DNA of 64,000 nucleotides from Strigamia acuminata (lineage: Eukaryota), in contig OX442314.1 in NCBI GenBank assembly GCA_949358305.1, positions 30,938,001-31,002,000 of the forward strand, given 5' to 3'. A program made the position numbers and the translations under genes. This document shows, piece by piece, positions 8,934 to 24,562 of this stretch. The notes under the pieces were generated by a model. It saw nothing but the letters and a program-made list of their open reading frames with translations, searched no databases and was not told the DNA's origin. The number at the start of each line of letters is the position of its first letter. Within the stretch, counting starts at the first letter, position 1.

Positions 8934-10729
8934 AATTAGATTAGATTAAATTAAACCCGAATCCATTTTCATCCACAAAAATGCATTTTTACAGAAAAAA
9001 AAATCCATTTTTACAGAAAAAAAAATCCATTTTTACAGAAAAAAAAATCCATTTTTACAGAAAAAAAAATCCATTTTTACAGAAAAAAAAATCCATTTTC
9101 ATCCACAAAAATGCATTTTGAGACAAAAAAAAGCATTGACACAAAAAATGCATTTTCGGACAAAAGAAAGCATTTTGTTTTGAGACAAAAAAAAATGCAT
9201 TTTGAGACAAAAAAAAAATCTATTTTCGTACACAAAAATGCATTTTGAGACAAAAAAAAGCATTTTGACACAAAAAAAGCATTTTGACACAAAAAATGCA
9301 TTTTGACACAAAAAATGCATTTTCGGACAAAAGAAAGCATTTTGTTTTGAGACAAAAAAAATGCACGTATCACAGTGAAAAAAAAACGTCAAAAACAAAT
9401 TTAAAAAAATGCAGTTTTACCTTCTACAATGTCCTAGTGGCCCGGGTGAAGTTGGGGGCCAAAACCTAGAAAAATAGGAAGAAATAAAACACAAAAAATC
9501 GATTTCTTTGCAGAAATGGCAAAAAAATCAACAGAGAACGAGCAAATACTCATCTAAAATCTAAAATCCATCCTCGGGGTCCTTTGGGCAGTCGAAAGTA
9601 GCTGGAATATAAAATAAAAATTAAATTACACACCGCAAATCGCTTGAAAAACCTCAACAAAAATTAAGCCTACTCACTGCATACGCACGCGGTCGGGGCC
9701 GTTCCACGGGTGTTTGGCCGGTCGGAAATAGCTGAAATATAAAATATAAACTAAATTAAACACCACAAATCGATTAAAAAACCTCATCATCATCATCATC
9801 AAAATCAAACAACACACCTACCGGTAGTGGAACATGGCTGCCGAGTGTCATCACGCTCAACAACAATCACAACCATCACAAAAATCACAATAAAATGGCT
9901 GCCTCGCTCGAGCTCTTCACCCGACCGATTTACTTTGTCGAATGGCACCATCCTGTCCGTGCACGAAGACTTTATGTAGACTAGACTATATATAGTAACC
10001 ACCCAGATACACATAGACCTATACTTATATATAAATAATATAATGTTTTGTACCTATCTAGAAATAAGTAGGCCTAAATTTAACATGCAATTGCATGTTA
10101 ATCTGGGCACAAGTAGCGAAAATGACGCTCTTGACATCGCTCCAAAACCCGAGTTAGATCACAGATCACAGATCAGCTCTTAAAACTCTTGAATTTACTC
10201 GCTAGAGTGCGTCCATTAAGAATTAAATTCAATTTAAAAATTAAAAATTCGATTAAAAATTAAAATTAAAATTAAAAATTGAAATTACCGGTATTTCATT
10301 ATTTACAATTGAAATTATCTAGAAATTATCTAGATTACACGCAGTCGGAGTCGGACAGCATCTATACATCTATATTCTATCCGTGTTGTTTTAAACCTAA
10401 CCGATGCGATCGACGTGTTGCCTAAAATCTACAAATCCAGCCGCTCCGAACTAACTCACCGATGAGCAGCGATTGATTAATTTATTGTATCAACCAAATT
10501 TCACTTTTCATTTTTCATTTTTCCCTTTTTTTCATTTCTAATTTCTCATTTTTAACTTCTAACTTTTATTAGTTCTACCAAACGAATACGGCGTCACCCA
10601 GCGCAAAGTAGCTTTGCTTCCAGGCACCAAAAACATTATTAAAGACGATTTTAGACTCTTGACAAATTTATCCTCTTTTATTATGAAACCTACTTACGTT
10701 AGTTAATTCTGCTTTCTCTTTTAAATATA

Positions 10730-11455
10730 ATGGCGCAAAAGAAAGCGGTTAGACCGACGATCAACGGCGTCAAGACGACTAAAAAGACTGTCGATGAGGA
10801 TAATGTCAAAAACGAGGCTTCGACGACGACCGAGACGAACGATTTTCCACAAAACGACTCGACAAACGCCAATAAAACGAACGAACCCGAAACGACAACA
10901 ATTCCTACACCGGACGAAACCACGACCAAAATGTCGACAGATTTCGACGTCCTCCTCAAGCCAACAACATCAATCGAGCTGAAGAAAGTGACGACACAAA
11001 TCAAGACAACTCTTCGTCCGAAACTCAGTTTAAAACCGCACGAATTACGCAACGAAACGATCGGAAACGACGTCACATCTCAGTCCCGTCTTCGAACAAT
11101 AAGCAGCGAGACACCCAGATCAACATCGCCCAAAAAATCCACTCACAACACGGACGAAAATGCCCCATTGAGTCGCCCATTGGTCTACGTGTCCTCGACA
11201 TCTTTCCGACACAATCGCACGACTTCAAAACCAAACGAAACGACACCAGACGTGGCAAACACCAACACCAAACCCCCACGCACCAAACCCACTCTATTCC
11301 CATCCTCCAGAACCAGAATTGACATCACAACCAAACCACTAACAACCAGACATCGTTCAACTAACATTGCAACACAAACAACAAAACATCGTTCAACTGA
11401 CATCACTACAAAACCACTAACGACCAGACATCGTTCAACCACAAAAGGGACGACG

Positions 11456-11486
<31 letters not shown>

Positions 11487-12862
11487 CCAGTACAACAACA
11501 AAAAAGACGACAACAACACCCATAGCATCAACAACTCCAATTTCGTCTCAACCGGTCGAAGACTTTGACGAGATCGAAGCGTCATTCGTTGACGGCATAT
11601 TTGGTTTGCGGCTCCCGACAGACTTCGACACAGACGGCGAAATAGACACAAAAACTACACCAAAACCAATCAAAACTGCAAAAACATTGGCAACCAAACA
11701 ACCGAGCAAGCAAAGCAGATTCCCGACTACTACCGTCGGGTTATCCGAGGCTACGAAACCGAAAAACCAAAAGACGAAACCGTTTGCCGAGCACGAGCGC
11801 GACAACACGCGAGACAACACGATCGGGCGACTGCAGCACAGCGAATCGGTTTTGATTCTCAGCACGACGCCGTACCCTCGAATCCGTCCGAATTGGCACC
11901 GACGGAACCAAACCCGACCCACCACCGTGATAACCAACACGCAAATATCGGCCCTGGACGAAATGGTCATGAAATACCTAACGTCGACCACCCGCGCGTC
12001 CAAACTGACCGACGATTTTGACGCTTTCATTCTGACCGATCCGTTCGACACGAACAAAATCAAAACGAGCACCGCGGAGCCCAAAATGGACCCTGAGATC
12101 ATCCCCGGTTACTTCACCGACGTTACCACGAAAGCGGAAAGCGTCACGCGACCCTCCAAAGTGACCACCATTTTGACCAGCGGTCAGTTTCCGGTCATAG
12201 AAAAAGTGAACAACTTTAAATCGTCGCAAGCCGTTGGCGGGAATAACCTCGGGTTTCACCTACCGCCCAGTTTTTGGCCCACTCGTTACGCACTGACCAC
12301 AACGCCGACGTTGCAAGCGCCGAAACGACAACGGTTGTTGTTTTCGTCCAAACGGAGACTCTCCGGTCAACATCGGCAGTCGCGGCGGTCCACGTACGAT
12401 TACGGGTCGGTCACGTCGCCGTCGCCGAGTTTGATCGAGGACGACGTCACGGACACGTTGGTCAAGTTCGGGGTCCGTCTCGCGCGCTCGAAACGCGAGG
12501 AGAAGTCGCCGGCGGTCGTCAATCCGTTCCCGGAACACGTTGCGACGTACCAGCATCCGTTTTTCGGCCAAGTCGGCGTGTTGTTCAACAAGACGTCGGG
12601 CACGTTGCAGATGGAGTACGGGTTTTACGGGAAGGCGCATTTGTTGCCGTACGTGCAGAGCAATACGTTTCTGCTGCGATTTTTCAGCGCCGTTTGGTAC
12701 GTGTCGGAAAGCGACGACAGCAGACGGCTACCGAGGAGTGTTTTCATGGTCCATTTCAAGGGGGGTTCGTCGGACGGGCGACCGGAACGATTTATTGTGC
12801 CTTTCTTCGATCCCCGATTGCCGCCTACGTTCGTTAGGGTTAGGTCTTCGGATAGGAAATAA
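10730..12862 (+). CDS. Mucin-like/DUF3471-like protein, copy 3 (K135)
   Basis: Intact 710-aa ORF. Confidence 0.8.
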
Positions 12863-13100
12863 ATAGAAGTTGGAAAGATATGGGGAGTGTTTGAGTATAA
12901 TTATAGCGTTTTCTTGCTTTCTTTTTCACTACATTTTAATTGTTTTATTACTGTTACGATGGGAAAAAAGGAGCTTAATAATTGCCAAAAAACATTTTTT
13001 TTTTTACTCATTAATTTGAAATGTAAATAAAATAAAATAATTCTCCGATTTTTTCTTTTTTTGATGTGGAATTACGATCAAGCAGTCCTGCAGTTTGGGT

Positions 13101-13544
13101 TTAATTAAAATGTGGTTGGTCGACTCTGTTTTGGAGTGTGAGTTCAGTTTGACTGACGATGGTTGCAATAAACAAACCCTGTCCGCCGGTAATGAACCGT
13201 AGTGGAAACTGAAATAATCCTCCGAGTTTATTATATTTTAATGTGGGAAACTCGAATAATATTTCTTTGCAAACCTGAGTTTCTTTCTGCACACGTTTGA
13301 AAGCGATAATTATACAATAATACAATAGCTTCCAATGAAGCAAATCTCATTTCATGGCAATGCAGTTTCTGGGTCCAGCTCCGAATGGGATGAGATACGT
13401 AAAAGGATTTACTGCGATTTGCTTTGTTTTCGGGAGAAAAACAAACCTGTTTTGAAGCAAAATAAACACAAGAAAACAGATTAAATTAAAGACTCTCTTA
13501 TTTTACGAATCAATATACCTTTCAGGATCAAATGTTTGTAGATT
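13101..13544 (-). pseudogene. Cytochrome P450 3' fragment, copy 3
   Basis: Same as copy 1. Confidence 0.88.
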
Positions 13545-15340
13545 AATTAGATTAGATTAAATTAAACCCGAATCCATTTTCATCCACAAAAATGCATTTT
13601 TACAGAAAAAAAAATCCATTTTTACAGAAAAAAAAATCCATTTTTACAGAAAAAAAAATCCATTTTTACAGAAAAAAAAATCCATTTTTACAGAAAAAAA
13701 AATCCATTTTCATCCACAAAAATGCATTTTGAGACAAAAAAAAGCATTGACACAAAAAATGCATTTTCGGACAAAAGAAAGCATTTTGTTTTGAGACAAA
13801 AAAAAATGCATTTTGAGACAAAAAAAAAATCTATTTTCGTACACAAAAATGCATTTTGAGACAAAAAAAAGCATTTTGACACAAAAAAAGCATTTTGACA
13901 CAAAAAATGCATTTTGACACAAAAAATGCATTTTCGGACAAAAGAAAGCATTTTGTTTTGAGACAAAAAAAATGCACGTATCACAGTGAAAAAAAAACGT
14001 CAAAAACAAATTTAAAAAAATGCAGTTTTACCTTCTACAATGTCCTAGTGGCCCGGGTGAAGTTGGGGGCCAAAACCTAGAAAAATAGGAAGAAATAAAA
14101 CACAAAAAATCGATTTCTTTGCAGAAATGGCAAAAAAATCAACAGAGAACGAGCAAATACTCATCTAAAATCTAAAATCCATCCTCGGGGTCCTTTGGGC
14201 AGTCGAAAGTAGCTGGAATATAAAATAAAAATTAAATTACACACCGCAAATCGCTTGAAAAACCTCAACAAAAATTAAGCCTACTCACTGCATACGCACG
14301 CGGTCGGGGCCGTTCCACGGGTGTTTGGCCGGTCGGAAATAGCTGAAATATAAAATATAAACTAAATTAAACACCACAAATCGATTAAAAAACCTCATCA
14401 TCATCATCATCAAAATCAAACAACACACCTACCGGTAGTGGAACATGGCTGCCGAGTGTCATCACGCTCAACAACAATCACAACCATCACAAAAATCACA
14501 ATAAAATGGCTGCCTCGCTCGAGCTCTTCACCCGACCGATTTACTTTGTCGAATGGCACCATCCTGTCCGTGCACGAAGACTTTATGTAGACTAGACTAT
14601 ATATAGTAACCACCCAGATACACATAGACCTATACTTATATATAAATAATATAATGTTTTGTACCTATCTAGAAATAAGTAGGCCTAAATTTAACATGCA
14701 ATTGCATGTTAATCTGGGCACAAGTAGCGAAAATGACGCTCTTGACATCGCTCCAAAACCCGAGTTAGATCACAGATCACAGATCAGCTCTTAAAACTCT
14801 TGAATTTACTCGCTAGAGTGCGTCCATTAAGAATTAAATTCAATTTAAAAATTAAAAATTCGATTAAAAATTAAAATTAAAATTAAAAATTGAAATTACC
14901 GGTATTTCATTATTTACAATTGAAATTATCTAGAAATTATCTAGATTACACGCAGTCGGAGTCGGACAGCATCTATACATCTATATTCTATCCGTGTTGT
15001 TTTAAACCTAACCGATGCGATCGACGTGTTGCCTAAAATCTACAAATCCAGCCGCTCCGAACTAACTCACCGATGAGCAGCGATTGATTAATTTATTGTA
15101 TCAACCAAATTTCACTTTTCATTTTTCATTTTTCCCTTTTTTTCATTTCTAATTTCTCATTTTTAACTTCTAACTTTTATTAGTTCTACCAAACGAATAC
15201 GGCGTCACCCAGCGCAAAGTAGCTTTGCTTCCAGGCACCAAAAACATTATTAAAGACGATTTTAGACTCTTGACAAATTTATCCTCTTTTATTATGAAAC
15301 CTACTTACGTTAGTTAATTCTGCTTTCTCTTTTAAATATA

Positions 15341-16066
15341 ATGGCGCAAAAGAAAGCGGTTAGACCGACGATCAACGGCGTCAAGACGACTAAAAAGACT
15401 GTCGATGAGGATAATGTCAAAAACGAGGCTTCGACGACGACCGAGACGAACGATTTTCCACAAAACGACTCGACAAACGCCAATAAAACGAACGAACCCG
15501 AAACGACAACAATTCCTACACCGGACGAAACCACGACCAAAATGTCGACAGATTTCGACGTCCTCCTCAAGCCAACAACATCAATCGAGCTGAAGAAAGT
15601 GACGACACAAATCAAGACAACTCTTCGTCCGAAACTCAGTTTAAAACCGCACGAATTACGCAACGAAACGATCGGAAACGACGTCACATCTCAGTCCCGT
15701 CTTCGAACAATAAGCAGCGAGACACCCAGATCAACATCGCCCAAAAAATCCACTCACAACACGGACGAAAATGCCCCATTGAGTCGCCCATTGGTCTACG
15801 TGTCCTCGACATCTTTCCGACACAATCGCACGACTTCAAAACCAAACGAAACGACACCAGACGTGGCAAACACCAACACCAAACCCCCACGCACCAAACC
15901 CACTCTATTCCCATCCTCCAGAACCAGAATTGACATCACAACCAAACCACTAACAACCAGACATCGTTCAACTAACATTGCAACACAAACAACAAAACAT
16001 CGTTCAACTGACATCACTACAAAACCACTAACGACCAGACATCGTTCAACCACAAAAGGGACGACG

Positions 16067-16097
<31 letters not shown>

Positions 16098-17473
16098 CCA
16101 GTACAACAACAAAAAAGACGACAACAACACCCATAGCATCAACAACTCCAATTTCGTCTCAACCGGTCGAAGACTTTGACGAGATCGAAGCGTCATTCGT
16201 TGACGGCATATTTGGTTTGCGGCTCCCGACAGACTTCGACACAGACGGCGAAATAGACACAAAAACTACACCAAAACCAATCAAAACTGCAAAAACATTG
16301 GCAACCAAACAACCGAGCAAGCAAAGCAGATTCCCGACTACTACCGTCGGGTTATCCGAGGCTACGAAACCGAAAAACCAAAAGACGAAACCGTTTGCCG
16401 AGCACGAGCGCGACAACACGCGAGACAACACGATCGGGCGACTGCAGCACAGCGAATCGGTTTTGATTCTCAGCACGACGCCGTACCCTCGAATCCGTCC
16501 GAATTGGCACCGACGGAACCAAACCCGACCCACCACCGTGATAACCAACACGCAAATATCGGCCCTGGACGAAATGGTCATGAAATACCTAACGTCGACC
16601 ACCCGCGCGTCCAAACTGACCGACGATTTTGACGCTTTCATTCTGACCGATCCGTTCGACACGAACAAAATCAAAACGAGCACCGCGGAGCCCAAAATGG
16701 ACCCTGAGATCATCCCCGGTTACTTCACCGACGTTACCACGAAAGCGGAAAGCGTCACGCGACCCTCCAAAGTGACCACCATTTTGACCAGCGGTCAGTT
16801 TCCGGTCATAGAAAAAGTGAACAACTTTAAATCGTCGCAAGCCGTTGGCGGGAATAACCTCGGGTTTCACCTACCGCCCAGTTTTTGGCCCACTCGTTAC
16901 GCACTGACCACAACGCCGACGTTGCAAGCGCCGAAACGACAACGGTTGTTGTTTTCGTCCAAACGGAGACTCTCCGGTCAACATCGGCAGTCGCGGCGGT
17001 CCACGTACGATTACGGGTCGGTCACGTCGCCGTCGCCGAGTTTGATCGAGGACGACGTCACGGACACGTTGGTCAAGTTCGGGGTCCGTCTCGCGCGCTC
17101 GAAACGCGAGGAGAAGTCGCCGGCGGTCGTCAATCCGTTCCCGGAACACGTTGCGACGTACCAGCATCCGTTTTTCGGCCAAGTCGGCGTGTTGTTCAAC
17201 AAGACGTCGGGCACGTTGCAGATGGAGTACGGGTTTTACGGGAAGGCGCATTTGTTGCCGTACGTGCAGAGCAATACGTTTCTGCTGCGATTTTTCAGCG
17301 CCGTTTGGTACGTGTCGGAAAGCGACGACAGCAGACGGCTACCGAGGAGTGTTTTCATGGTCCATTTCAAGGGGGGTTCGTCGGACGGGCGACCGGAACG
17401 ATTTATTGTGCCTTTCTTCGATCCCCGATTGCCGCCTACGTTCGTTAGGGTTAGGTCTTCGGATAGGAAATAA
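15341..17473 (+). CDS. Mucin-like/DUF3471-like protein, copy 4 (K135)
   Basis: Intact 710-aa ORF. Confidence 0.8.
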
Positions 17474-17711
17474 ATAGAAGTTGGAAAGATATGGGGAGTG
17501 TTTGAGTATAATTATAGCGTTTTCTTGCTTTCTTTTTCACTACATTTTAATTGTTTTATTACTGTTACGATGGGAAAAAAGGAGCTTAATAATTGCCAAA
17601 AAACATTTTTTTTTTTACTCATTAATTTGAAATGTAAATAAAATAAAATAATTCTCCGATTTTTTCTTTTTTTGATGTGGAATTACGATCAAGCAGTCCT
17701 GCAGTTTGGGT

Positions 17712-18155
17712 TTAATTAAAATGTGGTTGGTCGACTCTGTTTTGGAGTGTGAGTTCAGTTTGACTGACGATGGTTGCAATAAACAAACCCTGTCCGCCGG
17801 TAATGAACCGTAGTGGAAACTGAAATAATCCTCCGAGTTTATTATATTTTAATGTGGGAAACTCGAATAATATTTCTTTGCAAACCTGAGTTTCTTTCTG
17901 CACACGTTTGAAAGCGATAATTATACAATAATACAATAGCTTCCAATGAAGCAAATCTCATTTCATGGCAATGCAGTTTCTGGGTCCAGCTCCGAATGGG
18001 ATGAGATACGTAAAAGGATTTACTGCGATTTGCTTTGTTTTCGGGAGAAAAACAAACCTGTTTTGAAGCAAAATAAACACAAGAAAACAGATTAAATTAA
18101 AGACTCTCTTATTTTACGAATCAATATACCTTTCAGGATCAAATGTTTGTAGATT
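17712..18155 (-). pseudogene. Cytochrome P450 3' fragment, copy 4
   Basis: Same as copy 1. Confidence 0.88.
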
Positions 18156-19951
18156 AATTAGATTAGATTAAATTAAACCCGAATCCATTTTCATCCACAA
18201 AAATGCATTTTTACAGAAAAAAAAATCCATTTTTACAGAAAAAAAAATCCATTTTTACAGAAAAAAAAATCCATTTTTACAGAAAAAAAAATCCATTTTT
18301 ACAGAAAAAAAAATCCATTTTCATCCACAAAAATGCATTTTGAGACAAAAAAAAGCATTGACACAAAAAATGCATTTTCGGACAAAAGAAAGCATTTTGT
18401 TTTGAGACAAAAAAAAATGCATTTTGAGACAAAAAAAAAATCTATTTTCGTACACAAAAATGCATTTTGAGACAAAAAAAAGCATTTTGACACAAAAAAA
18501 GCATTTTGACACAAAAAATGCATTTTGACACAAAAAATGCATTTTCGGACAAAAGAAAGCATTTTGTTTTGAGACAAAAAAAATGCACGTATCACAGTGA
18601 AAAAAAAACGTCAAAAACAAATTTAAAAAAATGCAGTTTTACCTTCTACAATGTCCTAGTGGCCCGGGTGAAGTTGGGGGCCAAAACCTAGAAAAATAGG
18701 AAGAAATAAAACACAAAAAATCGATTTCTTTGCAGAAATGGCAAAAAAATCAACAGAGAACGAGCAAATACTCATCTAAAATCTAAAATCCATCCTCGGG
18801 GTCCTTTGGGCAGTCGAAAGTAGCTGGAATATAAAATAAAAATTAAATTACACACCGCAAATCGCTTGAAAAACCTCAACAAAAATTAAGCCTACTCACT
18901 GCATACGCACGCGGTCGGGGCCGTTCCACGGGTGTTTGGCCGGTCGGAAATAGCTGAAATATAAAATATAAACTAAATTAAACACCACAAATCGATTAAA
19001 AAACCTCATCATCATCATCATCAAAATCAAACAACACACCTACCGGTAGTGGAACATGGCTGCCGAGTGTCATCACGCTCAACAACAATCACAACCATCA
19101 CAAAAATCACAATAAAATGGCTGCCTCGCTCGAGCTCTTCACCCGACCGATTTACTTTGTCGAATGGCACCATCCTGTCCGTGCACGAAGACTTTATGTA
19201 GACTAGACTATATATAGTAACCACCCAGATACACATAGACCTATACTTATATATAAATAATATAATGTTTTGTACCTATCTAGAAATAAGTAGGCCTAAA
19301 TTTAACATGCAATTGCATGTTAATCTGGGCACAAGTAGCGAAAATGACGCTCTTGACATCGCTCCAAAACCCGAGTTAGATCACAGATCACAGATCAGCT
19401 CTTAAAACTCTTGAATTTACTCGCTAGAGTGCGTCCATTAAGAATTAAATTCAATTTAAAAATTAAAAATTCGATTAAAAATTAAAATTAAAATTAAAAA
19501 TTGAAATTACCGGTATTTCATTATTTACAATTGAAATTATCTAGAAATTATCTAGATTACACGCAGTCGGAGTCGGACAGCATCTATACATCTATATTCT
19601 ATCCGTGTTGTTTTAAACCTAACCGATGCGATCGACGTGTTGCCTAAAATCTACAAATCCAGCCGCTCCGAACTAACTCACCGATGAGCAGCGATTGATT
19701 AATTTATTGTATCAACCAAATTTCACTTTTCATTTTTCATTTTTCCCTTTTTTTCATTTCTAATTTCTCATTTTTAACTTCTAACTTTTATTAGTTCTAC
19801 CAAACGAATACGGCGTCACCCAGCGCAAAGTAGCTTTGCTTCCAGGCACCAAAAACATTATTAAAGACGATTTTAGACTCTTGACAAATTTATCCTCTTT
19901 TATTATGAAACCTACTTACGTTAGTTAATTCTGCTTTCTCTTTTAAATATA

Positions 19952-20677
19952 ATGGCGCAAAAGAAAGCGGTTAGACCGACGATCAACGGCGTCAAGACGA
20001 CTAAAAAGACTGTCGATGAGGATAATGTCAAAAACGAGGCTTCGACGACGACCGAGACGAACGATTTTCCACAAAACGACTCGACAAACGCCAATAAAAC
20101 GAACGAACCCGAAACGACAACAATTCCTACACCGGACGAAACCACGACCAAAATGTCGACAGATTTCGACGTCCTCCTCAAGCCAACAACATCAATCGAG
20201 CTGAAGAAAGTGACGACACAAATCAAGACAACTCTTCGTCCGAAACTCAGTTTAAAACCGCACGAATTACGCAACGAAACGATCGGAAACGACGTCACAT
20301 CTCAGTCCCGTCTTCGAACAATAAGCAGCGAGACACCCAGATCAACATCGCCCAACAAATCCACTCACAACACGGACGAAAATGCCCCATTGAGTCGCCC
20401 ATTGGTCTACGTGTCCTCGACATCTTTCCGACACAATCGCACGACTTCAAAACCAAACGAAACGACACCAGACGTGGCAAACACCAACACCAAACCCCCA
20501 CGCACCAAACCCACTCTATTCCCATCCTCCAGAACCAGAATTGACATCACAACCAAACCACTAACAACCAGACATCGTTCAACTAACATTGCAACACAAA
20601 CAACAAAACATCGTTCAACTGACATCACTACAAAACCACTAACGACCAGACATCGTTCAACCACAAAAGGGACGACG

Positions 20678-20708
<31 letters not shown>

Positions 20709-22084
20709 CCAGTACAACAACAAAAAAGACGACAACAACACCCATAGCATCAACAACTCCAATTTCGTCTCAACCGGTCGAAGACTTTGACGAGATCGAA
20801 GCGTCATTCGTTGACGGCATATTTGGTTTGCGGCTCCCGACAGACTTCGACACAGACGGCGAAATAGACACAAAAACTACACCAAAACCAATCAAAACTG
20901 CAAAAACATTGGCAACCAAACAACCGAGCAAGCAAAGCAGATTCCCGACTACTACCGTCGGGTTATCCGAGGCTACGAAACCGAAAAACCAAAAGACGAA
21001 ACCGTTTGCCGAGCACGAGCGCGACAACACGCGAGACAACACGATCGGGCGACTGCAGCACAGCGAATCGGTTTTGATTCTCAGCACGACGCCGTACCCT
21101 CGAATCCGTCCGAATTGGCACCGACGGAACCAAACCCGACCCACCACCGTGATAACCAACACGCAAATATCGGCCCTGGACGAAATGGTCATGAAATACC
21201 TAACGTCGACCACCCGCGCGTCCAAACTGACCGACGATTTTGACGCTTTCATTCTGACCGATCCGTTCGACACGAACAAAATCAAAACGAGCACCGCGGA
21301 GCCCAAAATGGACCCTGAGATCATCCCCGGTTACTTCACCGACGTTACCACGAAAGCGGAAAGCGTCACGCGACCCTCCAAAGTGACCACCATTTTGACC
21401 AGCGGTCAGTTTCCGGTCATAGAAAAAGTGAACAACTTTAAATCGTCGCAAGCCGTTGGCGGGAATAACCTCGGGTTTCACCTACCGCCCAGTTTTTGGC
21501 CCACTCGTTACGCACTGACCACAACGCCGACGTTGCAAGCGCCGAAACGACAACGGTTGTTGTTTTCGTCCAAACGGAGACTCTCCGGTCAACATCGGCA
21601 GTCGCGGCGGTCCACGTACGATTACGGGTCGGTCACGTCGCCGTCGCCGAGTTTGATCGAGGACGACGTCACGGACACGTTGGTCAAGTTCGGGGTCCGT
21701 CTCGCGCGCTCGAAACGCGAGGAGAAGTCGCCGGCGGTCGTCAATCCGTTCCCGGAACACGTTGCGACGTACCAGCATCCGTTTTTCGGCCAAGTCGGCG
21801 TGTTGTTCAACAAGACGTCGGGCACGTTGCAGATGGAGTACGGGTTTTACGGGAAGGCGCATTTGTTGCCGTACGTGCAGAGCAATACGTTTCTGCTGCG
21901 ATTTTTCAGCGCCGTTTGGTACGTGTCGGAAAGCGACGACAGCAGACGGCTACCGAGGAGTGTTTTCATGGTCCATTTCAAGGGGGGTTCGTCGGACGGG
22001 CGACCGGAACGATTTATTGTGCCTTTCTTCGATCCCCGATTGCCGCCTACGTTCGTTAGGGTTAGGTCTTCGGATAGGAAATAA
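19952..22084 (+). CDS. Mucin-like/DUF3471-like protein, copy 5 (N135)
   Basis: Intact 710-aa ORF. Confidence 0.8.
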
Positions 22085-22322
22085 ATAGAAGTTGGAAAGA
22101 TATGGGGAGTGTTTGAGTATAATTATAGCGTTTTCTTGCTTTCTTTTTCACTACATTTTAATTGTTTTATTACTGTTACGATGGGAAAAAAGGAGCTTAA
22201 TAATTGCCAAAAAACATTTTTTTTTTTACTCATTAATTTGAAATGTAAATAAAATAAAATAATTCTCCGATTTTTTCTTTTTTTGATGTGGAATTACGAT
22301 CAAGCAGTCCTGCAGTTTGGGT

Positions 22323-22766
22323 TTAATTAAAATGTGGTTGGTCGACTCTGTTTTGGAGTGTGAGTTCAGTTTGACTGACGATGGTTGCAATAAACAAACC
22401 CTGTCCGCCGGTAATGAACCGTAGTGGAAACTGAAATAATCCTCCGAGTTTATTATATTTTAATGTGGGAAACTCGAATAATATTTCTTTGCAAACCTGA
22501 GTTTCTTTCTGCACACGTTTGAAAGCGATAATTATACAATAATACAATAGCTTCCAATGAAGCAAATCTCATTTCATGGCAATGCAGTTTCTGGGTCCAG
22601 CTCCGAATGGGATGAGATACGTAAAAGGATTTACTGCGATTTGCTTTGTTTTCGGGAGAAAAACAAACCTGTTTTGAAGCAAAATAAACACAAGAAAACA
22701 GATTAAATTAAAGACTCTCTTATTTTACGAATCAATATACCTTTCAGGATCAAATGTTTGTAGATT
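22323..22766 (-). pseudogene. Cytochrome P450 3' fragment, copy 5
   Basis: Same as copy 1. Confidence 0.88.
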
Positions 22767-24562
22767 AATTAGATTAGATTAAATTAAACCCGAATCCATT
22801 TTCATCCACAAAAATGCATTTTTACAGAAAAAAAAATCCATTTTTACAGAAAAAAAAATCCATTTTTACAGAAAAAAAAATCCATTTTTACAGAAAAAAA
22901 AATCCATTTTTACAGAAAAAAAAATCCATTTTCATCCACAAAAATGCATTTTGAGACAAAAAAAAGCATTGACACAAAAAATGCATTTTCGGACAAAAGA
23001 AAGCATTTTGTTTTGAGACAAAAAAAAATGCATTTTGAGACAAAAAAAAAATCTATTTTCGTACACAAAAATGCATTTTGAGACAAAAAAAAGCATTTTG
23101 ACACAAAAAAAGCATTTTGACACAAAAAATGCATTTTGACACAAAAAATGCATTTTCGGACAAAAGAAAGCATTTTGTTTTGAGACAAAAAAAATGCACG
23201 TATCACAGTGAAAAAAAAACGTCAAAAACAAATTTAAAAAAATGCAGTTTTACCTTCTACAATGTCCTAGTGGCCCGGGTGAAGTTGGGGGCCAAAACCT
23301 AGAAAAATAGGAAGAAATAAAACACAAAAAATCGATTTCTTTGCAGAAATGGCAAAAAAATCAACAGAGAACGAGCAAATACTCATCTAAAATCTAAAAT
23401 CCATCCTCGGGGTCCTTTGGGCAGTCGAAAGTAGCTGGAATATAAAATAAAAATTAAATTACACACCGCAAATCGCTTGAAAAACCTCAACAAAAATTAA
23501 GCCTACTCACTGCATACGCACGCGGTCGGGGCCGTTCCACGGGTGTTTGGCCGGTCGGAAATAGCTGAAATATAAAATATAAACTAAATTAAACACCACA
23601 AATCGATTAAAAAACCTCATCATCATCATCATCAAAATCAAACAACACACCTACCGGTAGTGGAACATGGCTGCCGAGTGTCATCACGCTCAACAACAAT
23701 CACAACCATCACAAAAATCACAATAAAATGGCTGCCTCGCTCGAGCTCTTCACCCGACCGATTTACTTTGTCGAATGGCACCATCCTGTCCGTGCACGAA
23801 GACTTTATGTAGACTAGACTATATATAGTAACCACCCAGATACACATAGACCTATACTTATATATAAATAATATAATGTTTTGTACCTATCTAGAAATAA
23901 GTAGGCCTAAATTTAACATGCAATTGCATGTTAATCTGGGCACAAGTAGCGAAAATGACGCTCTTGACATCGCTCCAAAACCCGAGTTAGATCACAGATC
24001 ACAGATCAGCTCTTAAAACTCTTGAATTTACTCGCTAGAGTGCGTCCATTAAGAATTAAATTCAATTTAAAAATTAAAAATTCGATTAAAAATTAAAATT
24101 AAAATTAAAAATTGAAATTACCGGTATTTCATTATTTACAATTGAAATTATCTAGAAATTATCTAGATTACACGCAGTCGGAGTCGGACAGCATCTATAC
24201 ATCTATATTCTATCCGTGTTGTTTTAAACCTAACCGATGCGATCGACGTGTTGCCTAAAATCTACAAATCCAGCCGCTCCGAACTAACTCACCGATGAGC
24301 AGCGATTGATTAATTTATTGTATCAACCAAATTTCACTTTTCATTTTTCATTTTTCCCTTTTTTTCATTTCTAATTTCTCATTTTTAACTTCTAACTTTT
24401 ATTAGTTCTACCAAACGAATACGGCGTCACCCAGCGCAAAGTAGCTTTGCTTCCAGGCACCAAAAACATTATTAAAGACGATTTTAGACTCTTGACAAAT
24501 TTATCCTCTTTTATTATGAAACCTACTTACGTTAGTTAATTCTGCTTTCTCTTTTAAATATA